DNA of 64,000 bases from a virus. Within the stretch, counting starts at the first letter, position 1. Each line of letters starts with the position of its first letter. Under the pieces are notes generated by a model. The model saw only the letters and a list, made by a program, of their open reading frames with translations. It was not told the origin of the DNA and made no database searches. The stretch lies in IMG/VR virus record IMGVR_UViG_3300032245_001163. One strand, written 5' to 3'. The translations under genes and the position numbers were made by a program. Positions 1 to 9,844 of this stretch are shown here, in pieces.

Positions 1-224
1 GCAAAACGTTGCTCTAACTGTCGCAGTTGATCACTGCTGTTGGCAGCACGGACCACATCGTCAGGCCGGATTGATGCAGCCAGCACAGTTTCCACAGCAG
101 GATCTCTATCCACTCTACTGCCAATGTAATAGCCATTCACTGCCGAACGCACAGCCCAAAAGTCAGCATTGGGGTTCTGTGCCTTGGCCATGGCGATAGC
201 AAACTGTCTGCCTATGTGTTCCAT
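1..224 (-). CDS. Hypothetical protein, N-terminal part (runs off the left window edge)
   Basis: Read by hand: ATG at 224, open to position 1 (MEHIGRQFAIAMAKAQNPNADFWAVRS...); start overlaps the end of the 212..769 gene; not in the ORF track. Confidence 0.6.
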   Translation of the reverse strand, partial: MEHIGRQFAIAMAKAQNPNADFWAVRSAVNGYYIGSRVDRDPAVETVLAASIRPDDVVRAANSSDQLRQLEQRF

Positions 225-769
225 ACAATGTCCGGTTGTGCCTGTATCCAGGCCTTGGTTTGTGCCAACAACTCAACATCACTTTGAAAAATAGTGTTGT
301 CCAAGTTTACTGCTAGATTCTTGCGGCGTTGTATAATGTATTCCACAAACGGTGTGTGAAAGTTCAGTTTCCAAATGCCGTTGTGGCCCAAGTACAAGTT
401 GGGTGTGATACTGGGCGGCAGCGGGGTGCCTTGGTCCAGTTGTTGTTGATAATACACAGGATTATACACAGGATAGAAGTGCGCTTGTCGCAGTTCGTCT
501 ATGTTAAATGCAATGTCATCTATGCCAATGCTCAGTATCTCAACGTGCTTGTCTATGATGATACGGCCTGATGCATCCAACACATGATCATGATCTTGTT
601 TGTTGTAGTGGCTGATCACCAGTTCGTGGAATCCAGGTGCAACACCCACAGTGGCTGAGATGTGTTCCTGTGCTGGGCCATCAAAGAAAGGTGCACCTTC
701 GTCTATGGTACAACGTATGTGTGGCGCACCCAGTCTGGTTTCGCAGTGTAAAAAGATCTCAATGTTCAT
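212..769 (-). CDS. Hypothetical protein downstream of the B12 radical SAM gene
   Basis: 185-aa ORF overlapping both neighbours in the same direction; no family recognised. Confidence 0.7.
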   Translation of the reverse strand: MNIEIFLHCETRLGAPHIRCTIDEGAPFFDGPAQEHISATVGVAPGFHELVISHYNKQDHDHVLDASGRIIIDKHVEILSIGIDDIAFNIDELRQAHFYPVYNPVYYQQQLDQGTPLPPSITPNLYLGHNGIWKLNFHTPFVEYIIQRRKNLAVNLDNTIFQSDVELLAQTKAWIQAQPDIVWNT

Positions 770-2243
770 TCAAGATTCTTTCGTACTTGTTGCGAATAAA
801 AGTCAACTGGTCATCGCCTTTCCAGAATGTATATCCCAGGCTAATAGCCAGTTCCTGTGCTTCGATCCTGCGTAGCACACGTTCTTTGTATGTGAGTTCA
901 GTATTGTGTTTGTGCATCCAAAACACATCTGCAGGCCGCTTGCCGTCTACACCCACAAGGTTAAACCGTTCAGGATTGAGGTATACAGGTGTGCCTTCGC
1001 CTATGGTCAGGCTGGTGCCAAAGTTGATGCCCATCAGTGTGCCATCAGCCACATAGCGTTGATATTTTCTCAGCAAGTCTAGTGTCTCATCAAAGTCCTC
1101 ACGTGTCTCACTGGGCCAGCCCACAATCATTAGAAAGTACAGTTTGATTTTGTATCGACTGGCCATTTGCACAGTAAAGTCCAAGTCTGCACTATTGAAG
1201 CCCTTGGCCATTTCTTTGCGCACACGGTCTGACCCTGTTTCCACACCAATCAACAGTGTATCAGCACCGCCACGACTGATCAAGGCCCAATCCGCTTCCT
1301 GCCACTGATTGGGTTTGCGCACAATGTACATGCCGCTGTATTTTAATGTGCGTTCTGGCAATCCATGCCGTTCATAATACTCAACCAGTCTGCGATTGAA
1401 CTGTCTAAAGTCCTTTAAATCACCATTGATCAAACTGTCATTGAAGTAGTAATTGGTTGTACCATGCTGATGATAGTAGCCCACACACTCTTCGAACAAT
1501 TGGTCTCCGGGCTTGCTGCGGAATCCTCCGGCATACACAGGCCAGTCACAGAACGAGCAACTTCGCACACAACCACGACTGCTTTCCAAGGGCAACTGCC
1601 CATCTGAATAGCCACTGTGGTATGCACAGATGTCATGATCAGAGAAGTCATATGCAGGAACTTCCGTCATTGAACTGCGTTCAGCAAAAGCATCTGAGTT
1701 GATGCCAGGGAAAGTGTCGTTGCCACGTAGCAGTTCAGGCAAGGCTTTTTCTGCTTCGCCTTGTATGTAATAGTCTATCACACCTGCAGCCATGAGTTCT
1801 TTGGCAAAGTAAGGGTCTTCGTTAAAACTGGTGTTTTCACTTTTGATCATGCCCTGCCCACCTATCACAATTTTGGCAGTAGTTGCAGTTCTAAGTTGCG
1901 TGATAAAGTCTCTAGCAAAGTTTTGACATTGCCAGGTAAAGATGCTGATCAAAATCCATTTGGGATCCTGAGCAACTATGTGCTCAATCCAGTGTGTTAA
2001 AAACTGTTGATAACTTTGTTTGGTCTCAGCGGACAACACAATGTTGTCATTGTACAAATATCTATCAAGTTCTTGAAACTGTTCTGCACCGTACTGCACA
2101 GCAAAGCGATTGAAAAAATCAATGTTGATGTCTACCAGTTGATTTGACACATGAATATTGTTCAACAAACTTTTGATCAGCGCCGTGCCTGCACTGGGCC
2201 TGCTGGGTGCCATTCTTGGTATGTTAACAATCACTGCGTCCAT
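759..2243 (-). CDS. B12-binding-domain radical SAM enzyme (class B methyltransferase-like)
   Basis: N-terminal Rossmann-like cobalamin-domain motifs (IVIGGQG, DYYIQGEAE), SRGCVRSCSFC CxxxCxxC motif, IGVETGSDRVRKEMAKG and IVGWPSETREDF motifs. Confidence 0.88.
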   Translation of the reverse strand: MDAVIVNIPRMAPSRPSAGTALIKSLLNNIHVSNQLVDINIDFFNRFAVQYGAEQFQELDRYLYNDNIVLSAETKQSYQQFLTHWIEHIVAQDPKWILISIFTWQCQNFARDFITQLRTATTAKIVIGGQGMIKSENTSFNEDPYFAKELMAAGVIDYYIQGEAEKALPELLRGNDTFPGINSDAFAERSSMTEVPAYDFSDHDICAYHSGYSDGQLPLESSRGCVRSCSFCDWPVYAGGFRSKPGDQLFEECVGYYHQHGTTNYYFNDSLINGDLKDFRQFNRRLVEYYERHGLPERTLKYSGMYIVRKPNQWQEADWALISRGGADTLLIGVETGSDRVRKEMAKGFNSADLDFTVQMASRYKIKLYFLMIVGWPSETREDFDETLDLLRKYQRYVADGTLMGINFGTSLTIGEGTPVYLNPERFNLVGVDGKRPADVFWMHKHNTELTYKERVLRRIEAQELAISLGYTFWKGDDQLTFIRNKYERILNEH

Positions 2244-4325
2244 TTATGCAATATCTACATCCGTACTATAACTGGTAAATCCGTTTTCTTTTACGACTTT
2301 GAGAATGTTCTCCACACGCCCTGCTAGTTCATCTCTGTGGCTTACAAGCCAAATGCTCTTGTGGCGTTCACGTGTCATTTTCTTCAACAGTGCAAGACTG
2401 GCTTCCACACCTTGTGTGTCCAAACCGGAGTCAATCATTTCGTCGATGAACAAAATGTTGATGGGGTGATACAAACTTTCCCATACATCACGGAATGCCC
2501 ATGACATACTTAAAATCAATCTGTTGCGTTCGCCACGACTCAAATTATCAAAGTCCAGTTCACGGCCTAGTTCTTCAATGCTTACACTCAAATCGTTTTG
2601 GAACTTCACTGTGTGCGGCAATCCAATGCGATCCAGGTAATGTGTGAGTCGTGCGTTCAAATAGCTCAAGTTCTGATCAATAATCTTCTTGCGAACAAAT
2701 GAATCTTTGCTTGTCAGTAGTTTGAGCAAGAACTCTTGATGGTCTTGTACTTTGGTTAACTCGTTAATTTTGTCGTAGTCAACTACCTGCAGGGCTTGTT
2801 GTTGCATGTCCTCAATCTGTTCGCTGTAAGGATCAGTTTCAGCATGCTTGTTGGTAATTTGTTGTAGTAAATTATTTACCTGGGTAGAGTGTTTGATGGC
2901 CTGTGCTTCGGTGTCGTAGTGGGTAGCAGGTTGTACGCCCAGTTCCACCGCTACATAGCCCACCAGTTGTTCAGCATAAGGATCAACCTCGGCTGCCTTG
3001 GCTGCGATCTTTTGCTGTATGTTTTCTAATTCACTGCTATGACGGATAGCCTCTGCTTCGGTCTTGTAGTGTGTTGTGGGTTTGATGCCTAGTTCGCCCA
3101 AAGCCTTGAGTGCATCTGTATTTTCCATCCACTGACCATTGGTGGCCAAGGCCTGTAGCGCAGACTCTTGCAGGCTTTTGCGTTTGGCATCCAGCACTTG
3201 CTCGTGTTTGGCATCATGCATTTCCTGTCCACAGGCATAGCACTTGTGATCTTCTAACTGTGCAATTTCTGCTTTTAACTTGTCAATGATCTTTTGTTCT
3301 TTGGCTTCATCGGCTACACAACGAGCAATGAGTTTTTCAAGTTCAGCAATGTCCTTGGCTCGTTGATTGTATGCTGCCAAGTCTTGATGTGCTTGTAGTT
3401 CTGCGCTGATATCAATGTGGCTGAGTTGATTATAACTGGCTTGCAAGGCGGCAATATCTTTGGCTTGTGTTTGTTGCCATGCAGTTTGATATGCCAACAA
3501 ACGACTGTGTGCATCTGCTGCCTTCTTGCGCTCAGTCCACAGTGCAAGTTCTTTGTGTGCCAGCAACTCTGCTTCAATGTTGACTTTGGCCAGTTCATCA
3601 TACTGACCCACAAGATATGCTAGGTCGCTGTCGTATTTCTTTTGCCACAAGCCTTGTCTGCGTCTTAGACTTTCAATCTGTTCTTCAATGCGTTTGTTGG
3701 CTTCCTGCACAGCACGTACTCTAAACTCTTCGGCTGTAATGGCATCCTTGGTGGCTTTGTTGAGTTCTTTGATGCGTTCAGCACGTTCGCTCAGCACAGT
3801 GATGCCCAACAACTGCTCAATAATAGTACGCTGTTCGTTGGCTTTCAAACTCAAGAAAGGTTCTGTGTAGGTATTCAATGCCAGAATGTGCTTGAACATG
3901 TCATGGCTCATACCAAACACACGTTCAATAGCATCCTGTGTTTCGCGACTGTCGCCTTGTGCGTCATCTGTAGCAGTTTGTTCTTCACTGTCCACATAAA
4001 AGCGCAACACATTGGGCTTGCGTCCACGCTCAATTTTGTATGTTTTACCGTTGACAGAGAAGTCTAGGCTCACCAACATGCCTTTGCCATTGGTTTTGTT
4101 TACTAGATTGTCCTTGCGAATATTGCTCAAGGCTTGCCCGTACATGGCATAACTTAGTGCATTGATGATTGTGGTTTTGCCTGTGCCGTTGCGGCTTCCG
4201 TCGCCGCCTAAGTCCAAGTTCTCGCCCAGCACCAATGTAAGGTCTTGACGGTCAAAGTCAATGCCTTGTGTGGCATTGCCCACACTCATAAAGTTTTTAA
4301 CAGTGAGATTCTTGATTTGTATCAT
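2244..4325 (-). CDS. gp46: Recombination endonuclease ATPase subunit, T4 gp46 / SbcC / Rad50-like
   Basis: KNFMSVGN start, Walker A NGTGKTT, coiled coil with CYAC zinc hook, LSRGE signature, Walker B ILFIDE, SGLD D-loop, SH switch; adjacent to gp47. Confidence 0.95.
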   Translation of the reverse strand: MIQIKNLTVKNFMSVGNATQGIDFDRQDLTLVLGENLDLGGDGSRNGTGKTTIINALSYAMYGQALSNIRKDNLVNKTNGKGMLVSLDFSVNGKTYKIERGRKPNVLRFYVDSEEQTATDDAQGDSRETQDAIERVFGMSHDMFKHILALNTYTEPFLSLKANEQRTIIEQLLGITVLSERAERIKELNKATKDAITAEEFRVRAVQEANKRIEEQIESLRRRQGLWQKKYDSDLAYLVGQYDELAKVNIEAELLAHKELALWTERKKAADAHSRLLAYQTAWQQTQAKDIAALQASYNQLSHIDISAELQAHQDLAAYNQRAKDIAELEKLIARCVADEAKEQKIIDKLKAEIAQLEDHKCYACGQEMHDAKHEQVLDAKRKSLQESALQALATNGQWMENTDALKALGELGIKPTTHYKTEAEAIRHSSELENIQQKIAAKAAEVDPYAEQLVGYVAVELGVQPATHYDTEAQAIKHSTQVNNLLQQITNKHAETDPYSEQIEDMQQQALQVVDYDKINELTKVQDHQEFLLKLLTSKDSFVRKKIIDQNLSYLNARLTHYLDRIGLPHTVKFQNDLSVSIEELGRELDFDNLSRGERNRLILSMSWAFRDVWESLYHPINILFIDEMIDSGLDTQGVEASLALLKKMTRERHKSIWLVSHRDELAGRVENILKVVKENGFTSYSTDVDIA

Positions 4326-5338
4326 AAGTTTTGATAGATTTGCAACAGCAGTTTGTTGTCGTAGAATTCTGATTCTATGTTAGTGAGTTGGTCAGTGACG
4401 ATTTGGTCTACCGACTCAAACTTGACGTCTCCGGGTGCAAGGTCCACATCTACGCCTGAAGTTTTGTTGGGTATCAACGCCATTTCACGCAGGCTGTAAT
4501 CTTTAATAAAAGTTTCTTTGATAAAGTTTGCTTCTTCGTATGAGATTTCAATGTCTAAGTTTACACGAACATGCATCTTGGGTGCAAGCAATGTGGCTGC
4601 ATTGTCAATCAGGTTAGCAAGTCCGTAAACTCTGTATCGGGGCTGATTGGGCCAAGCATGATACTCGGGCTCTTTGCCCCATTCTAAGATCATCATGCCA
4701 CGCTCATCGTCTCCGGCGTCGGCATAGTTGTGTGGGAAGCAGTTGCCAATGTAAGTGATGTTGTTGGCAGTTTGACGTTTGTGAAAGTGTCCTGTGAACA
4801 CATGATCAAACCCCCCAAAGTCGCCACGTTGTACTGTGCCATGGTCCGGCATCTGTACCATGGCATTCATGTAGTAGCCGGGCAGTTCAAAGTGCCCAAA
4901 CATGTACTTGCCAGTTAGTTTTGGGATACGCTTGTGGTCATCACCGCATAGCCAAGGAGCAATAACAACGTCACCGCTGCTGAACCAATCATTGCAAATT
5001 TCAACTTTCGGCAAATGTTTGGCCCACTCCACACTTTGAATATCGCGCTTGTCTCGATAATAAAGATCGTGATTGCCAGGAATAAAATATACCCGATCAA
5101 AGTTGTCATTCATGTGCTCCAGGGCCCGGAGACTGTAGCTCAAGGTAACAATATTTAAGCTGGCCCTGTTGTTGTGCCAATCGCCCAGGAACAAACAAGT
5201 TTCGCAACCTTGTTCTCGTGCTTTGGCTGTAGCCCATTTAACAAAATCCAAACAGTCATCGTTGTGTGTTTGACTGTTGGACTTTAACCCAAAATGTATG
5301 TCTGTGAAGACCGCAGCCTTCTTGAATAGATTTGTCAT
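4322..5338 (-). CDS. gp47: Recombination endonuclease nuclease subunit, T4 gp47 / SbcD / Mre11-like
   Basis: Metallophosphoesterase motifs DIHFG, LGDWH, GNHD, GHFE, GHFH; ATGA overlap with gp46. Confidence 0.95.
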   Translation of the reverse strand: MTNLFKKAAVFTDIHFGLKSNSQTHNDDCLDFVKWATAKAREQGCETCLFLGDWHNNRASLNIVTLSYSLRALEHMNDNFDRVYFIPGNHDLYYRDKRDIQSVEWAKHLPKVEICNDWFSSGDVVIAPWLCGDDHKRIPKLTGKYMFGHFELPGYYMNAMVQMPDHGTVQRGDFGGFDHVFTGHFHKRQTANNITYIGNCFPHNYADAGDDERGMMILEWGKEPEYHAWPNQPRYRVYGLANLIDNAATLLAPKMHVRVNLDIEISYEEANFIKETFIKDYSLREMALIPNKTSGVDVDLAPGDVKFESVDQIVTDQLTNIESEFYDNKLLLQIYQNL

Positions 5339-5344
5339 TCTATA

Positions 5345-6859
5345 TTATACTGTGAATCCCATGGCAATAGCAATGGCTTGATGACTCAAAACAAAATTTT
5401 GTTGACGTCGCTGATCGAATTGTTTCACGGCAGCAACAAATTTGGTACCATCACTGCCAACACTGTTCTGGACCTGTGTTGCAATGGCCCTGAGTTCGGT
5501 ACGAGACGAATTTTGGTATTTTTCTATGACTAATTGTTTGCCTTTGGCAGTCAACTGATCAATGGAAAAATGCAAAGGATTTTCTAAAATATTCAAAACA
5601 ATGTCAACACCGTTTGATTCGCCCCAGGCAAACATGTCATCAAGGTCAAGAATATTTTGTATGTTCACTGTGCAATAAACATAGACTCTGAATTTGTTTT
5701 GATCCAAAGACAAGAACTTTTGCACATTGTTGACTACATCTTGCCAGTGCCCGCCTCGTTCTGATTCGAATTTTTCTTCGATGTTATCTATACTTATTGC
5801 AATGTCATTCAAACGAAATTGCGATAATTTTGAAATTAAATTTTCTGGAAACACTGAACCATTGGTATGAAAATGCAATCGTATATGTTCAGCATGACCT
5901 AAACTTATAATACGATCAAGCGCACCTGGCAAACTTTTCAATAAAAACGGTTCCCCGCCAGTTATGTCTAAATTCAGTAAATCTGGCCAGGTTGAATCAA
6001 GTTGATGTAAAAAATTTTCAATATTGTCGTACCACTGACTTTCGTCTACAATTTTTTGTATTTTTTCTTTTTGTGCAGGCGCGGTTGCAAATTTTAATTC
6101 TTCGCTTATGCGCAGAGAACTAGCGGCAAGATCACATATTTTGCATTTGAAATTGCAAGTGTTTCCTAACTTGAGGTCAAGGCTGCGTATCTTAGGCGAT
6201 GAAATCCAGGTAGACAATAAATCTTTTTGATACATGCTCAAACAACGTTGTCTATGACTGATTTGTTTGTAAGATTCTTTTTGCCAACAAAATTGACACG
6301 ATGTTGGTTTTTCTCCTCGCAACATTTGCGATCGAAGATCTTGCATGTCTTTGTTGTAAAATAAATTTTGAGTCTGGGAGTCTTTTAAATTGCCCAATGT
6401 CAAAGAACTAAAACAACAAGGAGTCACTGATCCTGTGCGTTCGACTTCTAAGTGCATCCAAGGCAACGGGCACAACGTATCAAGCAACACTGAATCAGTA
6501 CCAAAAAACTCAGTTGGCTCTATTGCAGTTAACAAGTTGCCAATTACGGTTTGATCGTATCCGTGCTTTTCATTGGCAATGAATAGATCATTTTGTAAAT
6601 CATACGGACTGCACAACAAAACAAAACAGTTGCTGATATCTATCAATGACAGTGCTGTTTGAAGTTGGCACAGCTGATTTAGACTGGGCTGATAGCATGT
6701 GTAAAATACCAGTCGTTGGTCAGGATGATATTCTGGCAAATGATATTGTTTTATTGTTTCATAAAGCTGTTCAGTACTCTTTGTCAAACAAGCAAAATCT
6801 TCAAAGCACACTAAATTGTACTGCTTGGACAGTTGACTTTTGAGTTCTTCCAGCGTCAT
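5345..6859 (-). CDS. Radical SAM enzyme with twitch/SPASM-like domain before the core and an extra N-terminal domain
   Basis: CPLPW...GSVTPCC...CQFCW, then CNFKCKIC and ITGGEPF; likely start ATG 6859 (ATGA overlap with the gp55 stop) rather than 6931. Confidence 0.87.
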   Translation of the reverse strand: MTLEELKSQLSKQYNLVCFEDFACLTKSTEQLYETIKQYHLPEYHPDQRLVFYTCYQPSLNQLCQLQTALSLIDISNCFVLLCSPYDLQNDLFIANEKHGYDQTVIGNLLTAIEPTEFFGTDSVLLDTLCPLPWMHLEVERTGSVTPCCFSSLTLGNLKDSQTQNLFYNKDMQDLRSQMLRGEKPTSCQFCWQKESYKQISHRQRCLSMYQKDLLSTWISSPKIRSLDLKLGNTCNFKCKICDLAASSLRISEELKFATAPAQKEKIQKIVDESQWYDNIENFLHQLDSTWPDLLNLDITGGEPFLLKSLPGALDRIISLGHAEHIRLHFHTNGSVFPENLISKLSQFRLNDIAISIDNIEEKFESERGGHWQDVVNNVQKFLSLDQNKFRVYVYCTVNIQNILDLDDMFAWGESNGVDIVLNILENPLHFSIDQLTAKGKQLVIEKYQNSSRTELRAIATQVQNSVGSDGTKFVAAVKQFDQRRQQNFVLSHQAIAIAMGFTV

Positions 6860-7752
6860 TCTTCGTAGGTAGTTACAACCGGTCCGCTCATGGCCTCCAT
6901 GCTGGCTTTGCCAGAGTTCTGACGGGTCCAAGATGGATTCAAGCCGTTCATTTCCAAGATGTCATCACGGATGTTTTGATTTTTCTTTTCAATGTTTAAG
7001 ATGCGAGTAAAGCTATTAGTGATAGCGGCAGTATAATACGCAAAAGGGTTCTGCGATTTTGATTCGTCAAATTGCAGTCCGATTTGACTGAGTTGCAACA
7101 GGGCTTGTCCGCGCATTTCTTCATTGTAAGTGTATCCTCTCCAGTTTGATCTTGTGGCATAGCGTTCGCACAGTTTCATAAACATAGTGGCCAGTTTGCG
7201 TGTCATGTTGCCATGATCCTTGCAGAACTCACCTGTTTCCAAATCGCCTTTCCAGTGGCTTTTGCCCACCAGCGCAGGGTTCTTGTCTTCGTCTACTCGG
7301 TAGTGATAAAACGGGGGAAAGTTAACTCGCATGTGTGTGGGATCCAGCACAACATCCTCAACAAGGTCCGCTAATGGATCTTCTACAATGTCATCCAAGT
7401 CCAAAATGTCTTCGATCTTTTTCTTTTTAGTGGCAGTTTTAGGAACTTTCTTGGGCGCCATGGGTATGTGTTCCCAAGTCATGATACGGAAAACCACCTC
7501 CGTATTTGGTATTTTTTTAGGGTCAATCACTTCGCCTGTTTCGCGTTTGTGGCGGTCAGCACGATTGCGGCGTGCTTCTGCAATGGTCTTTTGATTGATT
7601 TTGCTCACTGACGGCAAGATCATGTCAAACTGATGATCAGTGGCACGGTCCCGGAATGAGCAGTAGGTGTTTTTGCTTAGATGTATTTCTTTTAAGATAT
7701 CACGGTTGTTAAGGTAGTTAACCTTGGCTGCAGGTTTTGCAATTAAAGTCAT
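6856..7752 (-). CDS. gp55: Late-transcription sigma factor, T4 gp55-like
   Basis: NYLNN near N-terminus; RSNWRGYTYNEEMRGQA...FDESKSQNPFAYYT...F.R.LNIEKK typical of gp55; beside gp47/gp46; start likely ATG 7752 with GGAG upstream. Confidence 0.9.
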   Translation of the reverse strand: MTLIAKPAAKVNYLNNRDILKEIHLSKNTYCSFRDRATDHQFDMILPSVSKINQKTIAEARRNRADRHKRETGEVIDPKKIPNTEVVFRIMTWEHIPMAPKKVPKTATKKKKIEDILDLDDIVEDPLADLVEDVVLDPTHMRVNFPPFYHYRVDEDKNPALVGKSHWKGDLETGEFCKDHGNMTRKLATMFMKLCERYATRSNWRGYTYNEEMRGQALLQLSQIGLQFDESKSQNPFAYYTAAITNSFTRILNIEKKNQNIRDDILEMNGLNPSWTRQNSGKASMEAMSGPVVTTYEE

Positions 7753-7779
7753 TGGTGGGGTTTCTCCAGATATGTACTT

Positions 7780-7807
7780 ATTGTAGCACAAATACAACAG
7801 TTGTCAA
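7780..7807 (-). promoter_or_regulatory. Sigma70-type promoter for the gp55-gp47-gp46 operon
   Basis: Minus strand TTGACA (7807-7802), 16-nt spacer, TACAAT (7785-7780) with extended TGn. Confidence 0.72.
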
Positions 7808-7838
7808 CCGGTTCTTAAACTACGTGGTTAAAAAAATG

Positions 7839-7846
7839 GGTAAATA
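7839..7846 (+). promoter_or_regulatory. Putative gp55-dependent late promoter (TAAATA)
   Basis: GGTAAATA in intergenic DNA 18 nt before the first structural gene; matches the core of T4 TATAAATA. Confidence 0.62.
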
Positions 7847-7864
7847 ACACATAGGAATACAAAC

Positions 7865-9844
7865 ATGGCCGCTGGTTACGATCCCAAGAAAGCAGAAACA
7901 TATAACAAACTTATCAAGCAAGGGGTAAGTGAGGAAGCCGCGCAGGCGCAGGCTGGCATATCTGACAACGAAGCCACAAACTATGTAATTGACGCCACTG
8001 GCAATCCAAAAACAAACCCCAACTATGGAACCATGGGGGCATGGGTCGACGGCTCGGGCAAAAGTAACACAGGTGCGTTTCAGCCCGGTGTAGTAGAAAA
8101 AGTTCCGTACAATGTAGCGGCCAATAATCCTCCCAGCACACGAACTTCAAACGAGTATACCAGCACTAGCACAACCCAAAGCGGTGGCAAAGCAGTGTTT
8201 ATTGCAGCCACTAAACCCAAAGATACTGAAGCAAGTCTAGCATTGCAACCACAAATTGATGCCAAACAGGCTGAGCTCTCAGAATTTGCCAAAAACAATC
8301 CCAGCAATTTTGCTAGAAAAGTAAAAGGTCTACCGCCAATGACTCCTGAAGAGTTTGAGGCAAGAGAAAAACGTTACGCTGAGTTATCGCAAGAAAAACT
8401 CAATCTACAAACACAACAGGCTGAACTCAAAACTCCCGGCGAGCCTGCTAGATTTGAAACACCGAACACCACCACCAATACCACAACTACAACCTATGGC
8501 ACAGAAGCAAACAATACTCCAGTTGAATCTCCTGATGCTCAAGATCCAGCCATTGCACAACAAGCAGATCTACAGTTGGCTCTTAACACAAATCAGATAG
8601 CCAGTCTTGACCCCGTCCCAGTTAATACAGAGGAAACATTCCGCCCTGGTGAAAGTACAATCACCACAGTAACAGCACCTGAGCCGTTGCCCGAGCCACG
8701 TGAAGCAGGCATTGCCGCTGCCAATGAAGCCGCTGGAATTGTCACAACACCTGCACCGGGCACAGTTGAAACATTCCGTCCTGAGGAAAGCACAATCACT
8801 GCTGTGAACAAAGAACCAGGGCCTGACACATATGAAGCTGGTGGTGGTGGTGGCAACCAAGGTACAATTACCAGAGTAACTTATCAGCCCCAAGACGTTC
8901 CGCCCACTGAAGATCCTGCTGCCGGCGAAGCCGATGCTGCTGCCAATCCTCAACAAAGTACCATAACTGGTGATCGTGGGGGCAATCTTGAACAAAATCA
9001 AGCGGCTCAAGCGGCAATGGAGCAGAGGCTAAAAGAGCAACAGGCCATACGAGATCAGTTTCAATCACCAGCCAATGGTGACTGGCGTGTAAAATTAAAA
9101 TTACCGCCTGATGCTACGTATTTGTACAAAGACGACAAGCAGGCATCAATATTGGCTCCGTTGTTGGCCAGCGACGGTGTGGTATTTCCTTACATGCCTG
9201 AAATACAAACCACATACAATGCCAACTATGACACAACAGATTTAACACACAGCAACTATCGTGGGTACTTTTACAAAAATTCATATGTAGGAGATATTGG
9301 TATCACTGGAGTATTCACTGCACAAAATACTCAGGAAGCCAACTATCTGTTGGCGGTGATACATTTTTTCCGCTCAGCCACAAAAATGTTTTATGGCAGC
9401 AAAGATGACCAACGCGGCACACCACCACCATTGGTGTATTTGTTTGGCCTGGGACAATATCAATTCAATGCACATCCTTGTGTGATACGCAGTTTCAACT
9501 ACAACTTGCCCAATGATGTAGACTACATTAGAACCAAACCCAATAATTACAATGTCAACTTCAACGATACTTTGCCTAAAACACAAAGTGGCAACAATCC
9601 CATATCTGCAGTGGTCAACAGATTGAGAAATGCATTGTTGCCCAAAGGAGCAATACCCAATGTGCCGCAAGAGTTGTTGTCCGTGAGTCAAAGCGTCAGC
9701 GGCATAGACAATTCCACTTATGTGCCTACCAAGATCACAGTGCAAATTAATCTGTTGCCTATACAAACAAGAAATCAACAAAGCCAGCAATTCAGCGTCA
9801 AAGAATTTGCCAACGGCAACCTACTCAAAGGAGGGTTCTGGTAA
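7865..9844 (+). CDS. Baseplate tail-tube cap/initiator-like protein (gp48/gp54-like) with long low-complexity N-terminus
   Basis: C-terminal ~250 aa (VVFPYMPEI...ITGVFTAQ...PPPLVYL...PCVIRSFNY) resembles tube-fold baseplate proteins; immediately upstream of gp53. Confidence 0.6.
   Translation: MAAGYDPKKAETYNKLIKQGVSEEAAQAQAGISDNEATNYVIDATGNPKTNPNYGTMGAWVDGSGKSNTGAFQPGVVEKVPYNVAANNPPSTRTSNEYTSTSTTQSGGKAVFIAATKPKDTEASLALQPQIDAKQAELSEFAKNNPSNFARKVKGLPPMTPEEFEAREKRYAELSQEKLNLQTQQAELKTPGEPARFETPNTTTNTTTTTYGTEANNTPVESPDAQDPAIAQQADLQLALNTNQIASLDPVPVNTEETFRPGESTITTVTAPEPLPEPREAGIAAANEAAGIVTTPAPGTVETFRPEESTITAVNKEPGPDTYEAGGGGGNQGTITRVTYQPQDVPPTEDPAAGEADAAANPQQSTITGDRGGNLEQNQAAQAAMEQRLKEQQAIRDQFQSPANGDWRVKLKLPPDATYLYKDDKQASILAPLLASDGVVFPYMPEIQTTYNANYDTTDLTHSNYRGYFYKNSYVGDIGITGVFTAQNTQEANYLLAVIHFFRSATKMFYGSKDDQRGTPPPLVYLFGLGQYQFNAHPCVIRSFNYNLPNDVDYIRTKPNNYNVNFNDTLPKTQSGNNPISAVVNRLRNALLPKGAIPNVPQELLSVSQSVSGIDNSTYVPTKITVQINLLPIQTRNQQSQQFSVKEFANGNLLKGGFW

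Noticed and set aside
6860-6931. ORF-track N-terminal extensions (also 14343, 39070, 40588, 40952, 45350)
   Set aside because: They overlap upstream genes extensively; downstream starts with stop/start coupling or RBS fit better.
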